From: an uncultured Bacilli bacterium
GTDB taxonomy: Bacteria > Bacillota_I > Bacilli_A > RF39 > UBA660
Direction of reading: 5' to 3'
Assembly: GCA_910579455.1 (NCBI GenBank)
Contig: CAJTUT010000004.1
Coordinates: 1,906-65,905, forward strand
DNA length: 64,000 nucleotides
The position numbers were made by a program, and so were the translations under genes. The notes below the pieces were generated by a model that was given only the letters and a program-made list of their open reading frames with translations, made no database searches and had not been told where the DNA came from. Positions 31,171 through 40,874 of the stretch are shown piece by piece (positions within the stretch are counted from its first letter, which is position 1; each line of letters begins with the position of its first letter).

Positions 31171-32034
31171 ATGAGAAAGAATATTATGTTAGTAGTAAAA
31201 GGATTTATAATGGGAATTGCTAATATCATTCCTGGAGTCAGCGGAGGAACCTTAGCTCTAATACTTGGGATTTATGAAGAATTTATCACAGCAATTAGTC
31301 ACTTCTTTCATAATTTAAAAAAGAATATTTGTTTTTTAATACCAATAGCAATCGGGATGATTTTAGCAATTATATCGTTAAGCAGAGTAATCGATTATTC
31401 CTATCAACATTTTCCAATTCCTACTAGTTTATTTTTTGTAGGGCTAGTAATTGGTGGAATTCCAATGCTATCTAAAAAGGTAAGGGGTAAGAAGGAAGGT
31501 AAACAAATATCCAGTTATCTCATTTTCCTAATTGCCTTTTTAGTAGTAATATTGATGACATGTTCTGAATTCATTTTTGGCAACGGATTAAAAATAAGCT
31601 TGCAAAATATGGGAGTATTACAATATATTTTATTATTCTTAGTAGGAGTAATAGCAGCAGCTACTATGATTATTCCAGGTATTAGTGGTTCATTGGTTTT
31701 GATGCTTCTAGGTTATTACTATCCAGTTATTTCTGTAATTAAAGAATTTACTCAATTTAAAAATATAGGAATTAATTTTTTGATATTAGGCATATTTGGT
31801 ATTGGAATTTTAGTAGGAATTGTATTGATATCAAAACTAATCGAGTTTTTATTTCATAAATATGAAACAAAAACTTATTTTGGGGTCTTAGGTTTTATTG
31901 TTGCCTCTATAATAGCAATTCCGCTTTCTACTATTTTAAATATGGAAATTGTATATACTTTTCCTCAAATTGTCATTGGTCTTATTCTCTTAGTTTTAGG
32001 CTATGGTATTAGTTATAAATTAGGAGATAGGTAG
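31171..32034 (+). CDS. DUF368 family membrane protein (PopT-like candidate undecaprenyl-phosphate translocase)
   Basis: Polytopic protein with the IIPGVSGGT motif twice (GIANIIPGVSGGTLAL and MIIPGISGSLVL). Confidence 0.8.
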   Translation: MRKNIMLVVKGFIMGIANIIPGVSGGTLALILGIYEEFITAISHFFHNLKKNICFLIPIAIGMILAIISLSRVIDYSYQHFPIPTSLFFVGLVIGGIPMLSKKVRGKKEGKQISSYLIFLIAFLVVILMTCSEFIFGNGLKISLQNMGVLQYILLFLVGVIAAATMIIPGISGSLVLMLLGYYYPVISVIKEFTQFKNIGINFLILGIFGIGILVGIVLISKLIEFLFHKYETKTYFGVLGFIVASIIAIPLSTILNMEIVYTFPQIVIGLILLVLGYGISYKLGDR

Positions 32035-32061
32035 TATAGTTATTAAAAAGGGGAGAAAAAT

Positions 32062-32892
32062 ATGATTGAATTAATAAAATATGCACTTTTAGGAATATTA
32101 CAGGGAATTACAGAACCTATTCCAGTATCAAGTAGTGGTCATCTTTTAATATTACAAACTATTATAGAAAAGATGCATCAAAGCTTACCCATTAATTTCG
32201 AAATTTTAGCAACAATTACGAACTTCGGAAGTTTAATAGCGATTATCATTTTATTTTGGAAAGAAATCGTGCAACTATTTAGCTCATTTTTTACCTATTT
32301 TTCAAAAAAGGAAAAAAGAAAATCCGTTAAAAAAGATTATTACTATTGTTTAAAAATAATTTTAGCAACAATACCAGCAGGTATTTTAGGTTTATTAGTA
32401 ACAAAGTTAAATTTATTAAACATGCTAGAAGAAAATGTAAAATTTGTTGGTATTATGTTATTAGTAACTGCAATATTCTTATTCCTGATTAAAGATTTTA
32501 AGGGAAATAAGGAAAAAGATGATATTAGCTTTAAAGATGCAGGAATAATTGGTATTTGTCAAATGATTAGTATTATTCCAGGAATTAGTAGAAGTGGTGC
32601 AACTATTGTAGGTGGGATGTTTCAGAATCTAAAAAGAGAAACTGCCTTTAACTTTTCCTTCATCTTGTATATTCCTATTTCTATAGCAACCTCTATTCTT
32701 GGACTGAAGGATTTATTCGAACTCTCTATTTCTAGTAGTTTATGGATTCTTTACGTAATAGCTGCCATACTAGCTGGTATTTTTACTTATATATTTACAA
32801 AATGGTTTGCTAGAATTGTAAAAGATGGAAAACTAATTTATTTTTCAATTTATTGTTTGATTTTAGGACTTATTGTAATTCTATTTTTGTAG
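32062..32892 (+). CDS. uppP: undecaprenyl-diphosphate phosphatase
   Basis: BacA motifs GITEPIPVSSSGHL and PGISRSGATI. Eight-TM-like profile. Confidence 0.9.
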   Translation: MIELIKYALLGILQGITEPIPVSSSGHLLILQTIIEKMHQSLPINFEILATITNFGSLIAIIILFWKEIVQLFSSFFTYFSKKEKRKSVKKDYYYCLKIILATIPAGILGLLVTKLNLLNMLEENVKFVGIMLLVTAIFLFLIKDFKGNKEKDDISFKDAGIIGICQMISIIPGISRSGATIVGGMFQNLKRETAFNFSFILYIPISIATSILGLKDLFELSISSSLWILYVIAAILAGIFTYIFTKWFARIVKDGKLIYFSIYCLILGLIVILFL

Positions 32893-32920
32893 ATAAAGAA
32901 AGTCAAAATAGTAGTAAGTA

Positions 32921-33685
32921 GTGGTGAAAAAGATGTTGTATAATTTTTGTTATTTATTTTTACTTTTTATATTTTATTCAGTACTGGGATATATTATAGA
33001 GATTATCGCCTGTAGCATAGAGTATAAAAAAATAGTTTTAAATAGAGGTTTTTTGATGGGAAGTTATCTTCCTATTTATGGAATTAGCTGTATTTTAATG
33101 AGCCAATTTTTAGAAAAATATAGTAATGACCTAGTTGCCTTATTTGTCATGTCTATGGTCGTCTGTTCTGTGGTGGAATTTTTTACAAGCTATATTTTGG
33201 AAAAAATATTTAAGATTCGCTGGTGGGATTATTCTCATATGAAATTTAATTTAGGAGGGCGGATTTGCTTACGTAACGCATCTCTATTCGGCCTAGGAGG
33301 GGTTGCACTAATTCACTTTATTAATCCATTTATTTTACCAATTATGAATAGATTTCCCTCTACCTTATTGATCATTATTTCTATGATAGTTATGGGAGTA
33401 TTTATATTAGATTTAATTATTTCTATTGTCACTTTATGTAAAATTAAAATTTCATCTAATCGATATACGAATCATGATGCGACAGAGGAAATTAAAAAAT
33501 TAGTAAATGACAGTTTAAAGAAAAATTCATTTCTTTTATCCAGACTATTAAATGCATTTCCTAAAATATCCGGAAAGAATATGAAGAAAATCGTTACTTT
33601 AAAGAAAGTTTCGAATGAATTTAGGGAGAAATTAAAACAAAACAAAATCTATTTAAAAAAGTACCAAGTAAAAAACAAAAGGTAA
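32921..33685 (+). CDS. polytopic membrane protein (putative 'ABC-transporter type IV'/DUF1113-like)
   Basis: FIFYSVLGYIIEI...RWWDYS pattern. The start is uncertain (GTG at 32921 or ATG at 32933). Confidence 0.55.
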   Translation: MVKKMLYNFCYLFLLFIFYSVLGYIIEIIACSIEYKKIVLNRGFLMGSYLPIYGISCILMSQFLEKYSNDLVALFVMSMVVCSVVEFFTSYILEKIFKIRWWDYSHMKFNLGGRICLRNASLFGLGGVALIHFINPFILPIMNRFPSTLLIIISMIVMGVFILDLIISIVTLCKIKISSNRYTNHDATEEIKKLVNDSLKKNSFLLSRLLNAFPKISGKNMKKIVTLKKVSNEFREKLKQNKIYLKKYQVKNKR

Positions 33686-33883
33686 AATAGACTATTGGAA
33701 AGGGGAATCATTTTTCCCTTTTATTTTTTTGTAAGTAAACTATAGAAAAATAAGTGTAAAATGAGTTTGAAACTGTTAACGAAAGAGGGATTGTATGATA
33801 CTATTTAGGTAGTAGAGTTCACTTTGTTTCGATGGAAAAATAAAGATGAGCATTCATGTTTTAATTGAATAGGAGGAGAAAGC

Positions 33884-35257
33884 ATGGAATATAAGAAAGA
33901 TATTAATAAAAATATATTTAGGGGATATGATATTAGAGGAATATATCCTAAAGAGATTGATGAGGATACTGCCTATACGATTGGACTTGGTTTTGGTAGT
34001 TATATTAGAGAAATCGGAAAAACCAATTGTATTATTGGCCATGATAATCGGTTATCTAGTCCTAATCTTTGTAATGCCTTAAAAGAAGGAATTTTATCAA
34101 CGGGTATAGATATTATTGATCTGGGACTTTGTACGACTCCAATGTATTATTATGCATGTATTAAATTAAAGGTATTCAGTGGTGTAATGGTAACTGCCTC
34201 ACATAATCCAAAAGATGATAATGGATTTAAATTTGCATTTGATGAATCAGGAAACTGTAAGGGACAGGAAATTCAAGATTTTTTATCCTATATTTTAAAG
34301 GGAGAGTTTCAAAAAGGTAAAGGGAAAGTAACTACTTATAGTATAAAAGAGGATTATTTAACCTTATTTAGAGAAAATTTACAGTTTGGACCAAGACGTA
34401 TCAAAGTTGTATTAGATGCGGGAAACGGAACGACTAGTATCATTATGAATGAATTATATCATATGTTTCCAATCGAAATTGTATCAATTAACGACACCAG
34501 TGATGGAACTTTTCCGAATCATCACCCAGATCCTTGTGTAGAAGCTAATTTGGAACAGTTAAAGAAAAAAGTTCTAGAAGTAGGGGCAGATATTGGATTA
34601 TCTTTTGATGGAGATGGAGACCGTATGGGAATGGTTTCTAATACCGCTAGGTTTATTCCAACGGATCAGTATATGATAATAGTAGTTAGAGATATTATTA
34701 ATAAAGTGGTCAAAAAAGAATTTCTAGCCGATGTAAAGTGTAGTAAATCTCTTTCTGATGAAATAGAGAAATTGGGTGGAAAATGTATCACTTATCGTAC
34801 TGGTAATTCATATACCAAATCTAAGGTTAGAGAAGATGATTTACCATTTGGTGGAGAACTTTCTGGACATGTTTATTTTAGGGATAGATGGTTAGGATTT
34901 GACAGTGGATTATATGCAGGGCTTAGAATGTTGGAGATTTTATCAAATACTGAAAAATCAGTAGATGGGTTATTAGAAGGAATTGAAACGTATTATGTAA
35001 CAGAGGAGTTGAAATTTGCATCTAATGATGATAAAAAGTTCGGAATTATAGAAAAGATAAAAAAATATGCAAAGGAAATGAATTATCAATATTTAGACAT
35101 TGATGGGGTGAAAGTTTTATTTGATGATTCTTGGGCATTGGTACGTGCATCGAATACAGGACCAAATATAACTGCTCGATTTGAAGCAAATACAAAAGAA
35201 AGGCTAGAAGAGTTACAGGAAGAATTCCTAAAACTAATTAAAGAATATAATCAATAA
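33884..35257 (+). CDS. phosphohexomutase (phosphomannomutase/phosphoglucomutase type)
   Basis: IFRGYDIRG N-terminus, catalytic TASHNPKDDNG, a DGDGDR Mg loop and GELSGH. Confidence 0.88.
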   Translation: MEYKKDINKNIFRGYDIRGIYPKEIDEDTAYTIGLGFGSYIREIGKTNCIIGHDNRLSSPNLCNALKEGILSTGIDIIDLGLCTTPMYYYACIKLKVFSGVMVTASHNPKDDNGFKFAFDESGNCKGQEIQDFLSYILKGEFQKGKGKVTTYSIKEDYLTLFRENLQFGPRRIKVVLDAGNGTTSIIMNELYHMFPIEIVSINDTSDGTFPNHHPDPCVEANLEQLKKKVLEVGADIGLSFDGDGDRMGMVSNTARFIPTDQYMIIVVRDIINKVVKKEFLADVKCSKSLSDEIEKLGGKCITYRTGNSYTKSKVREDDLPFGGELSGHVYFRDRWLGFDSGLYAGLRMLEILSNTEKSVDGLLEGIETYYVTEELKFASNDDKKFGIIEKIKKYAKEMNYQYLDIDGVKVLFDDSWALVRASNTGPNITARFEANTKERLEELQEEFLKLIKEYNQ

Positions 35258-35382
35258 TGTAGAATAAAATTACTTGTTTAAGTAATTTTATTTTTATAAA
35301 TCAAATGTAAAGCGGTTACGAAGCAGTAGAATCTTTTGAATTTTTATGGTATATTTTTAATAGATAATAGGAGAGTGGACAT

Positions 35383-37413
35383 ATGGCAATTGAAGAAAGA
35401 GAACTAAAAAAAGAAAAACTAATCTTAAAAAAAGTCAGCAATCTATTAAATGAGAATATAAACGAATTAGAAAAAGAAGTTCACATTTATCAGGATGATT
35501 TAATTGAATTTAAAAAGTTAACTTGGAGTGATTTTTCATCCTTTGATCAAGGGGATATTGTCCAGGCAAAATCATCTACAATAGAGGAGGAAAATAGACT
35601 TTTAAATAAGCAAACCTATTTAAAAAGATTAATAAAAATCAAACATAAACCTTATTTTGCATCGATTATATTTAAAGATTTGGACGGGGAAATTTTCAAT
35701 ATTTATATTTCATTAACCTATTTAAAAGACAAGCATGATAATAATATTCTATATGACTGGAGAAGCCCTATATGTAGTCTATTTTATGATTATGAAACAG
35801 GGCCATGTTCTTATCTTGCTCCAGCTGGGGAAATCAAAGGAGAACTACTTAGAAAGAGGCAATATAAAATAGAAAATAGTGAGTTGCTTAGTGTTTTTGA
35901 TAATTCATTAAATATCAATGATGATATCCTACAAGAAGTTTTAGCAACTGAATCTGATGAGAAAATGAAGAATATTGTTAATACAATTCAGCAAGAACAA
36001 AATCAAATTATCAGAAATTTAGAAGATAGGAATTTAATTGTTCAGGGTATCGCTGGATCTGGAAAAACTAGTGTAGCCCTTCATAGAATTGCTTTCTTAT
36101 TATATCAAATAAAGAATCTTAAAAGTAATAATATTCTAATTTTTTCTCCTAATAATATTTTTACGGAATACATTTCTAATGTTTTACCAGAGTTAGGAGA
36201 GAATAATACATTACAAACGACTTTTAATGATTATTTATCTTACCTTATAGAGGAATATAAGGAGGTAGAAACCTATACAGATTTTATTGCCAGATATTAT
36301 TCTTACCTAGAAAATAATGAAAGTCTAATTAAATATAAACAAAGTGATGTTATTATACACGATTTAGATGACTTTATTGATGATTTTATAGGAAATGCTA
36401 AAATTGAAGATGATATTTTAGAATCGAAAAATCATTTAATGACCATGGAGGAGTTAAATGAAATGTTGAATTATCGATACAATAGGCTTCCCTTATTTGA
36501 AAGGTTAGAGGAAATGGCCTCTAAGTTAAGTGAAATTTTCTACCAAGGATCCCAAAAGAAAAAGTCTACATTTTACAAACTATTAGTTCAAAAAGCAAAT
36601 TTTCAAAAAGATTATAAAAAAATATATAAATCCTTTTTCCTAAGTAAATATTGTAGAATTCCTGTGACGGAAGTGGAGATCAATTCCTTTCTAAAGAAAG
36701 AAAAAATTCATTATGAGGATTCCTTAATTTTTGCATATATCAAGGGAAGATTAGAGGGATTTCATTATGAGGGAAATATCAAACAAGTTGTTGTGGATGA
36801 GGCCCAAGACTATAATAAATTACAATACATAATTATGGCTAATATTTTTAAAAAGGCGGAATTTACTATTTTGGGAGATATTCATCAAAATATTAACCCT
36901 TATTATCAATACCAATCCTTAGAAGAATTGACAACTATTTTTGATTCAGATACCAAATATCTAGAACTATTAAAAACATATCGATCATCTAAGGAAATTA
37001 CAGAGTATACGAATAAAATATTAAATTTAAATCATGTGAATGCAATTAGAAGAAGTTCAAATTTACCAGTAGTATTTAGAAAAGGAAAGATAGATTTAAG
37101 ACAAGCTCTATTGAAGGATGTTCAATTATTACAAGAGAAGTATAAAAGTATAGCAATTATTACAAAAGATAGTCAGGAATCAAAAAAGATTTATCAATTA
37201 TTAAAAGATGACTTAATGATCTCCCTTGTTGAAGAGAATACGGTAAAATTTCATAAAGAGTTAATCATTATTCCTTCTTATTTATCAAAGGGATTAGAAT
37301 TTGATTGTGTTATAGTATATAATAACAGAGAAAATAGTTATCGTAAAAATGAAAGAAACCTATTATATGTAGCGTGTACTAGAGCACAACATGAATTGTA
37401 TGTTTATAATTGA
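35383..37413 (+). CDS. helD: HelD-type (helicase IV-like) UvrD superfamily ATPase
   Basis: N-terminal coiled region, YFASIIF...YDWRSPICSLFY, Walker A GIAGSGKTSV, DEAQDY and C-terminal YVACTRAQHEL. Confidence 0.82.
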   Translation: MAIEERELKKEKLILKKVSNLLNENINELEKEVHIYQDDLIEFKKLTWSDFSSFDQGDIVQAKSSTIEEENRLLNKQTYLKRLIKIKHKPYFASIIFKDLDGEIFNIYISLTYLKDKHDNNILYDWRSPICSLFYDYETGPCSYLAPAGEIKGELLRKRQYKIENSELLSVFDNSLNINDDILQEVLATESDEKMKNIVNTIQQEQNQIIRNLEDRNLIVQGIAGSGKTSVALHRIAFLLYQIKNLKSNNILIFSPNNIFTEYISNVLPELGENNTLQTTFNDYLSYLIEEYKEVETYTDFIARYYSYLENNESLIKYKQSDVIIHDLDDFIDDFIGNAKIEDDILESKNHLMTMEELNEMLNYRYNRLPLFERLEEMASKLSEIFYQGSQKKKSTFYKLLVQKANFQKDYKKIYKSFFLSKYCRIPVTEVEINSFLKKEKIHYEDSLIFAYIKGRLEGFHYEGNIKQVVVDEAQDYNKLQYIIMANIFKKAEFTILGDIHQNINPYYQYQSLEELTTIFDSDTKYLELLKTYRSSKEITEYTNKILNLNHVNAIRRSSNLPVVFRKGKIDLRQALLKDVQLLQEKYKSIAIITKDSQESKKIYQLLKDDLMISLVEENTVKFHKELIIIPSYLSKGLEFDCVIVYNNRENSYRKNERNLLYVACTRAQHELYVYN

Positions 37414-37466
37414 CAAATATTATCAAATATGATATAATAAGCCCAATTAAAAAGGAGTTGTTATAG

Positions 37467-37820
37467 ATGAATAATAATACAGAAAAAAGACAAGAATTTA
37501 TAGTAAAGGAAATCAATAAGAATAGGTTTGATTCAAGAAAAAATTTTAAGAAAAGCTTATTATATACTGCTTCTGCTGCTTTTCTGATTTCTGCTTGTGC
37601 GACTCAAACTCTACTAGTAACAGCGTTATATGGAGTATGTGCTGTATTAAATGCTTGGTCTGCAGCTAGAAATTTTGGAAAAACCTGCAAAAATATAGTT
37701 ACAACACATACATTAAAAAAGAGTGTAGATCAAGAGATTTATGAGAAATATAAAATACATCCAAAGGTAATGAAAAAAGTAAATAAATTCCTGAAAGGTG
37801 CAAACATTAAGGTTAGATAA
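37467..37820 (+). CDS. hypothetical membrane protein
   Basis: 117 aa with a central hydrophobic hairpin (LLYTASAAFLISACATQTLLVTALYGVCAVLNAW). No family recognised. Confidence 0.45.
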   Translation: MNNNTEKRQEFIVKEINKNRFDSRKNFKKSLLYTASAAFLISACATQTLLVTALYGVCAVLNAWSAARNFGKTCKNIVTTHTLKKSVDQEIYEKYKIHPKVMKKVNKFLKGANIKVR

Positions 37821-37821
37821 T

Positions 37822-38091
37822 ATGGATATAAATATATATGATCAAATAACGTTGAGTGATAACGAGGTTTATCTAATAGCCGGAAAGACCAACTATTTAA
37901 ATAAGGTATATTACTTTTTAGTGAATATGAAAAATACCCATAATATAAAATATTGTGAGGAAAATATTAAAAATCATTCGATAATTGAGGTCAATGATTC
38001 CGAATTAAAGCAAGTATTATTTCCCTTATTTTTAGAATCATTTCAAAATAGTTCTGTTGATATAATGTTAAAAGAAATTGAGAATAAATAA
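37822..38091 (+). CDS. small acidic protein, DUF1292-like
   Basis: The start is taken at the ATG at 37822, just after the upstream stop. The ITLSDNE..YLI....N.VYYFLV pattern resembles DUF1292. Weak call. Confidence 0.35.
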   Translation: MDINIYDQITLSDNEVYLIAGKTNYLNKVYYFLVNMKNTHNIKYCEENIKNHSIIEVNDSELKQVLFPLFLESFQNSSVDIMLKEIENK

Positions 38092-38304
38092 AAATTCTAA
38101 ACACATATTATATATTTATCATAAAGTTATTGTAAAAAAGGGGTAATATAATAAATATGTTAGGAAATGTCCCAACCGAAAACACAAAAGATTAGAGAAT
38201 TTTTAAAAATGTAATGGAAGACTAAATTCCTTTTGATAAATGTTTATTCTTATTACGTTTTATGAGATGAGGTTACACTTAAAACCTTATCTCATTTTAT
38301 TTCT

Positions 38305-38870
38305 TTAATATTTAATAAATCCAAAATTTCCCCTATATGGGTTACTAGAAGTAGAAAACATAAATGTAAAAACTTCGTAAGGTATTTTACCCTTGTAAGA
38401 ATTTCTAGGTGTAGAATCAATATGTGAGAACATTAAATTTAAATCATCTTGATTAATATTAGATATATCAATTTCATTAGAGATAATATTTCTAATATAA
38501 TTATGTGTGTTTTCAATATGGGGTTTTAAAATAATTGATAAGGAACACAATAAAAAATATTAGTTTTAAATTCCCCTATACCTGAATTAAATTCAAATAA
38601 ATTTACCTTTTTGAATTTAACACTCCTGTCAATAAGAATCAAAAAAATAGTTCTCTATATAAATCATGTCCAATTTATTTACTAACTCATCTAAAGTTTT
38701 ATTTTAATGAATAAAGCCAATAATAATACCAGAACCTTCAAAGTAAAATGTTTAAATATAAGGACCAAATTGACTATTTAAAACTGTATCCATTTCAGTA
38801 GTAGGTACCTCAGGATTATTTTCTTTAAATATAAGATAATCTTTATATTCATGATTTTCGTAATTTACAG
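38305..38870 (-). mobile_element. IS30-family transposase remnant (frameshifted, 5'-truncated)
   Basis: Minus-strand fragments ...TTEMDTVLNSQFGPY... and ...NLMFSHIDSTPRNSYKGKIPYEVF resemble the DDE core and C-terminal LN.RPRK.L...P.EVF motif of IS30 transposases. Several stops and frame changes lie between them. Confidence 0.45.
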
Positions 38871-38881
38871 GTGTTTTTCTT

Positions 38882-38938
38882 TTTTTATTGACAAATCGCT
38901 CAGGGGGGGGGTATACTGTAAACAAATAGTAAATAAAC
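38882..38938 (+). promoter_or_regulatory. promoter/leader cassette copy B with a G9 tract in the spacer
   Basis: TTGACA (38888-38893), an 18-nt spacer containing G9 (38903-38911), then TATACT (38912-38917). Shares the 14-nt exact match TTGACAAATCGCTC with copy A. Confidence 0.55.
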
Positions 38939-39086
38939 AAAGCTATTATTATGTTAATTGATCTATGATTAATACATATTCATAATAGAAAGGTATATAT
39001 ATTATTGAAAATGGATATTGCACTAATAAAATAAATATGCTAATATAATAGTTAGTTAGAATGTAAAATATGGGGTGAATATTATA

Positions 39087-39608
39087 ATGCTAAAAAAAAT
39101 AAAAGAAAAAGACGGATTTACTTTAATTGAGTTACTAGCAGTTATCGTAATATTAGGAATTTTAATGATTATTGCGATTCCTCAGGTGACGAAATATATT
39201 GAAAATTCAAAAAAAGATACCTATGCAGATACAGCTAAGGCATATATTAACTCAGCAAGATATATGCTTTTAAATGATGAGTTTGAGACATGTACTCTAC
39301 CAGAAGATGGAGGAGCTCCTATTTATATTCCATTAAAAGCAATTTACTTAGAACAAGGAGGAGAAAAGTCTCCATATAGTAAAGTAATAGATTTAAACAA
39401 CAGTTTTATTCAAGTAAGTAAACCAACCGCTAAAGATAAATATCAATATTCAATATTTATCACCGACCAACAGAAAAATGGAACACCCAAGTTAACTAAC
39501 GAAACAGAGTTAACTAGAACTGCTATTTCAAAAAAAGGAACTCCTTCTTCTTTAACTCATGCAAAATATTGTGCTGAAGAAAAACCAACTGAGAAGGAAA
39601 AATCTTGA
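39087..39608 (+). CDS. type IV pilin-like protein (prepilin-type N-terminal methylation motif)
   Basis: MLKKIKEKDG|FTLIELLAVIVILGILMIIAIPQ with Glu at +5, then a globular domain of about 130 aa with 2 Cys. The start is taken at the ATG at 39087, after GGGGTG. Confidence 0.8.
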   Translation: MLKKIKEKDGFTLIELLAVIVILGILMIIAIPQVTKYIENSKKDTYADTAKAYINSARYMLLNDEFETCTLPEDGGAPIYIPLKAIYLEQGGEKSPYSKVIDLNNSFIQVSKPTAKDKYQYSIFITDQQKNGTPKLTNETELTRTAISKKGTPSSLTHAKYCAEEKPTEKEKS

Positions 39609-39664
39609 TAGATGTGATATAATAGAACTTAGAAAATCTAAGTTTTATTTTTTGGAGGTAAACT

Positions 39665-40546
39665 ATGTTATTAATTGGAAGTCATGTAGGTTTTAAGAAA
39701 GATACTCAACTTCTAGGGAGCCTAGAAGAAGCACTTAGCTATGGTGCCACCACTTTTATGTTTTATACAGGAGCTCCTCAGAATACAATGAGAAGTAATA
39801 TTGATAAAGAACTTACAAAAAGAGCATTAGAAAAAATGAATAACCAGGATATAGATTATACTAAAGTGATTGTTCACGCCCCCTATATTGTAAATCTTGC
39901 CAATAATAAGGACCAAGATAAATACAAATTTTCAATTCGTTTTTTAAAAGAGGAAGTGAAACGTTGTGAAGAGCTAGGTATCAAGTATCTAGTCCTTCAT
40001 CCAGGAAGTCATGTGGGATTGGGAGTAGATTTGGGAATTAAGAATATCATAGATGCATTAAATATTATTTTAGAAGAGTCTAATGTGACAATTTTACTAG
40101 AAACTATGGCCGGAAAGGGTAGCGAGCTTGGTTCTACTTTTAAAGAAATAAAAAAGATTATTACAGGAGTGAAAAATAAGGATAAAATTGGGGTTTGTAT
40201 GGATACTTGTCATTTAAATGATGCCGGATATCATGTAGAGGATTTTGATCAACTCTTAAATTATTTTGATGAAGTAGTAGGTATAAATTATTTAAAATGT
40301 ATTCATATTAATGATAGTAAAAATGAAAAATCATCTCATAAAGATAGACATGAAAATATCGGATTTGGTACTATTGGATTTGATTCCTTAATTAAAATTA
40401 TTTATCATGAAAAATTAAAAAAGATTCCTAAGATCTTAGAAACACCATATATAGGAAAAATAGCACCTTATAAAGAAGAGATTAAAATGATTAGAGAAAA
40501 AAGATTCAATCCAGACATGAAAGAAGAAATAGAAAAAGCAGGTTAG
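39665..40546 (+). CDS. nfo: endonuclease IV
   Basis: HAPYIVNLA, HPGSH, CMDTCH and HINDSK metal-ligand motifs. Confidence 0.92.
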   Translation: MLLIGSHVGFKKDTQLLGSLEEALSYGATTFMFYTGAPQNTMRSNIDKELTKRALEKMNNQDIDYTKVIVHAPYIVNLANNKDQDKYKFSIRFLKEEVKRCEELGIKYLVLHPGSHVGLGVDLGIKNIIDALNIILEESNVTILLETMAGKGSELGSTFKEIKKIITGVKNKDKIGVCMDTCHLNDAGYHVEDFDQLLNYFDEVVGINYLKCIHINDSKNEKSSHKDRHENIGFGTIGFDSLIKIIYHEKLKKIPKILETPYIGKIAPYKEEIKMIREKRFNPDMKEEIEKAG

Positions 40547-40809
40547 ATTAAAAACTTGCTTTTATACTCTTTATATAAACTCATAATTTTTTGATATAAA
40601 TAATTTGAAATACTTTCCTGTAGTTCTTGAAAAGAAGATTCGTCTCCATTTAATATATTTTTATAATTCCTTTTTATAAAATTATATATTATAATAGAAT
40701 CTGACTTAGAAAGTAGTATTTGTTTTTTAGCAGCATATGTTAAAATATCATCAACTGTCAAATTATGATTTATATAGTTACTAATTAAATTCTTATAAAT
40801 ATGAATCAC
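40543..40809 (-). CDS. small protein, possibly YqfT/DUF2624-like
   Basis: 88 aa, convergent with nfo, as yqfT is with yqfS in Bacillus. Weak sequence support. Confidence 0.35.
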   Translation of the reverse strand: MIHIYKNLISNYINHNLTVDDILTYAAKKQILLSKSDSIIIYNFIKRNYKNILNGDESSFQELQESISNYLYQKIMSLYKEYKSKFLI

Positions 40810-40874
40810 CTAATTAAATATATGAAATAACTTTTGAATTATGTGATAAACTAGTAATAGAAAGAAGGGTTTAC

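Noticed and set aside
38752-38940. ORF-track CDS on the minus strand (62 aa).
   Set aside because: Its N-terminal third is simply the reverse complement of promoter cassette B, including the G9 tract read as PPP. Only the distal part resembles a transposase fragment. It is treated as part of the IS30-like pseudogene.
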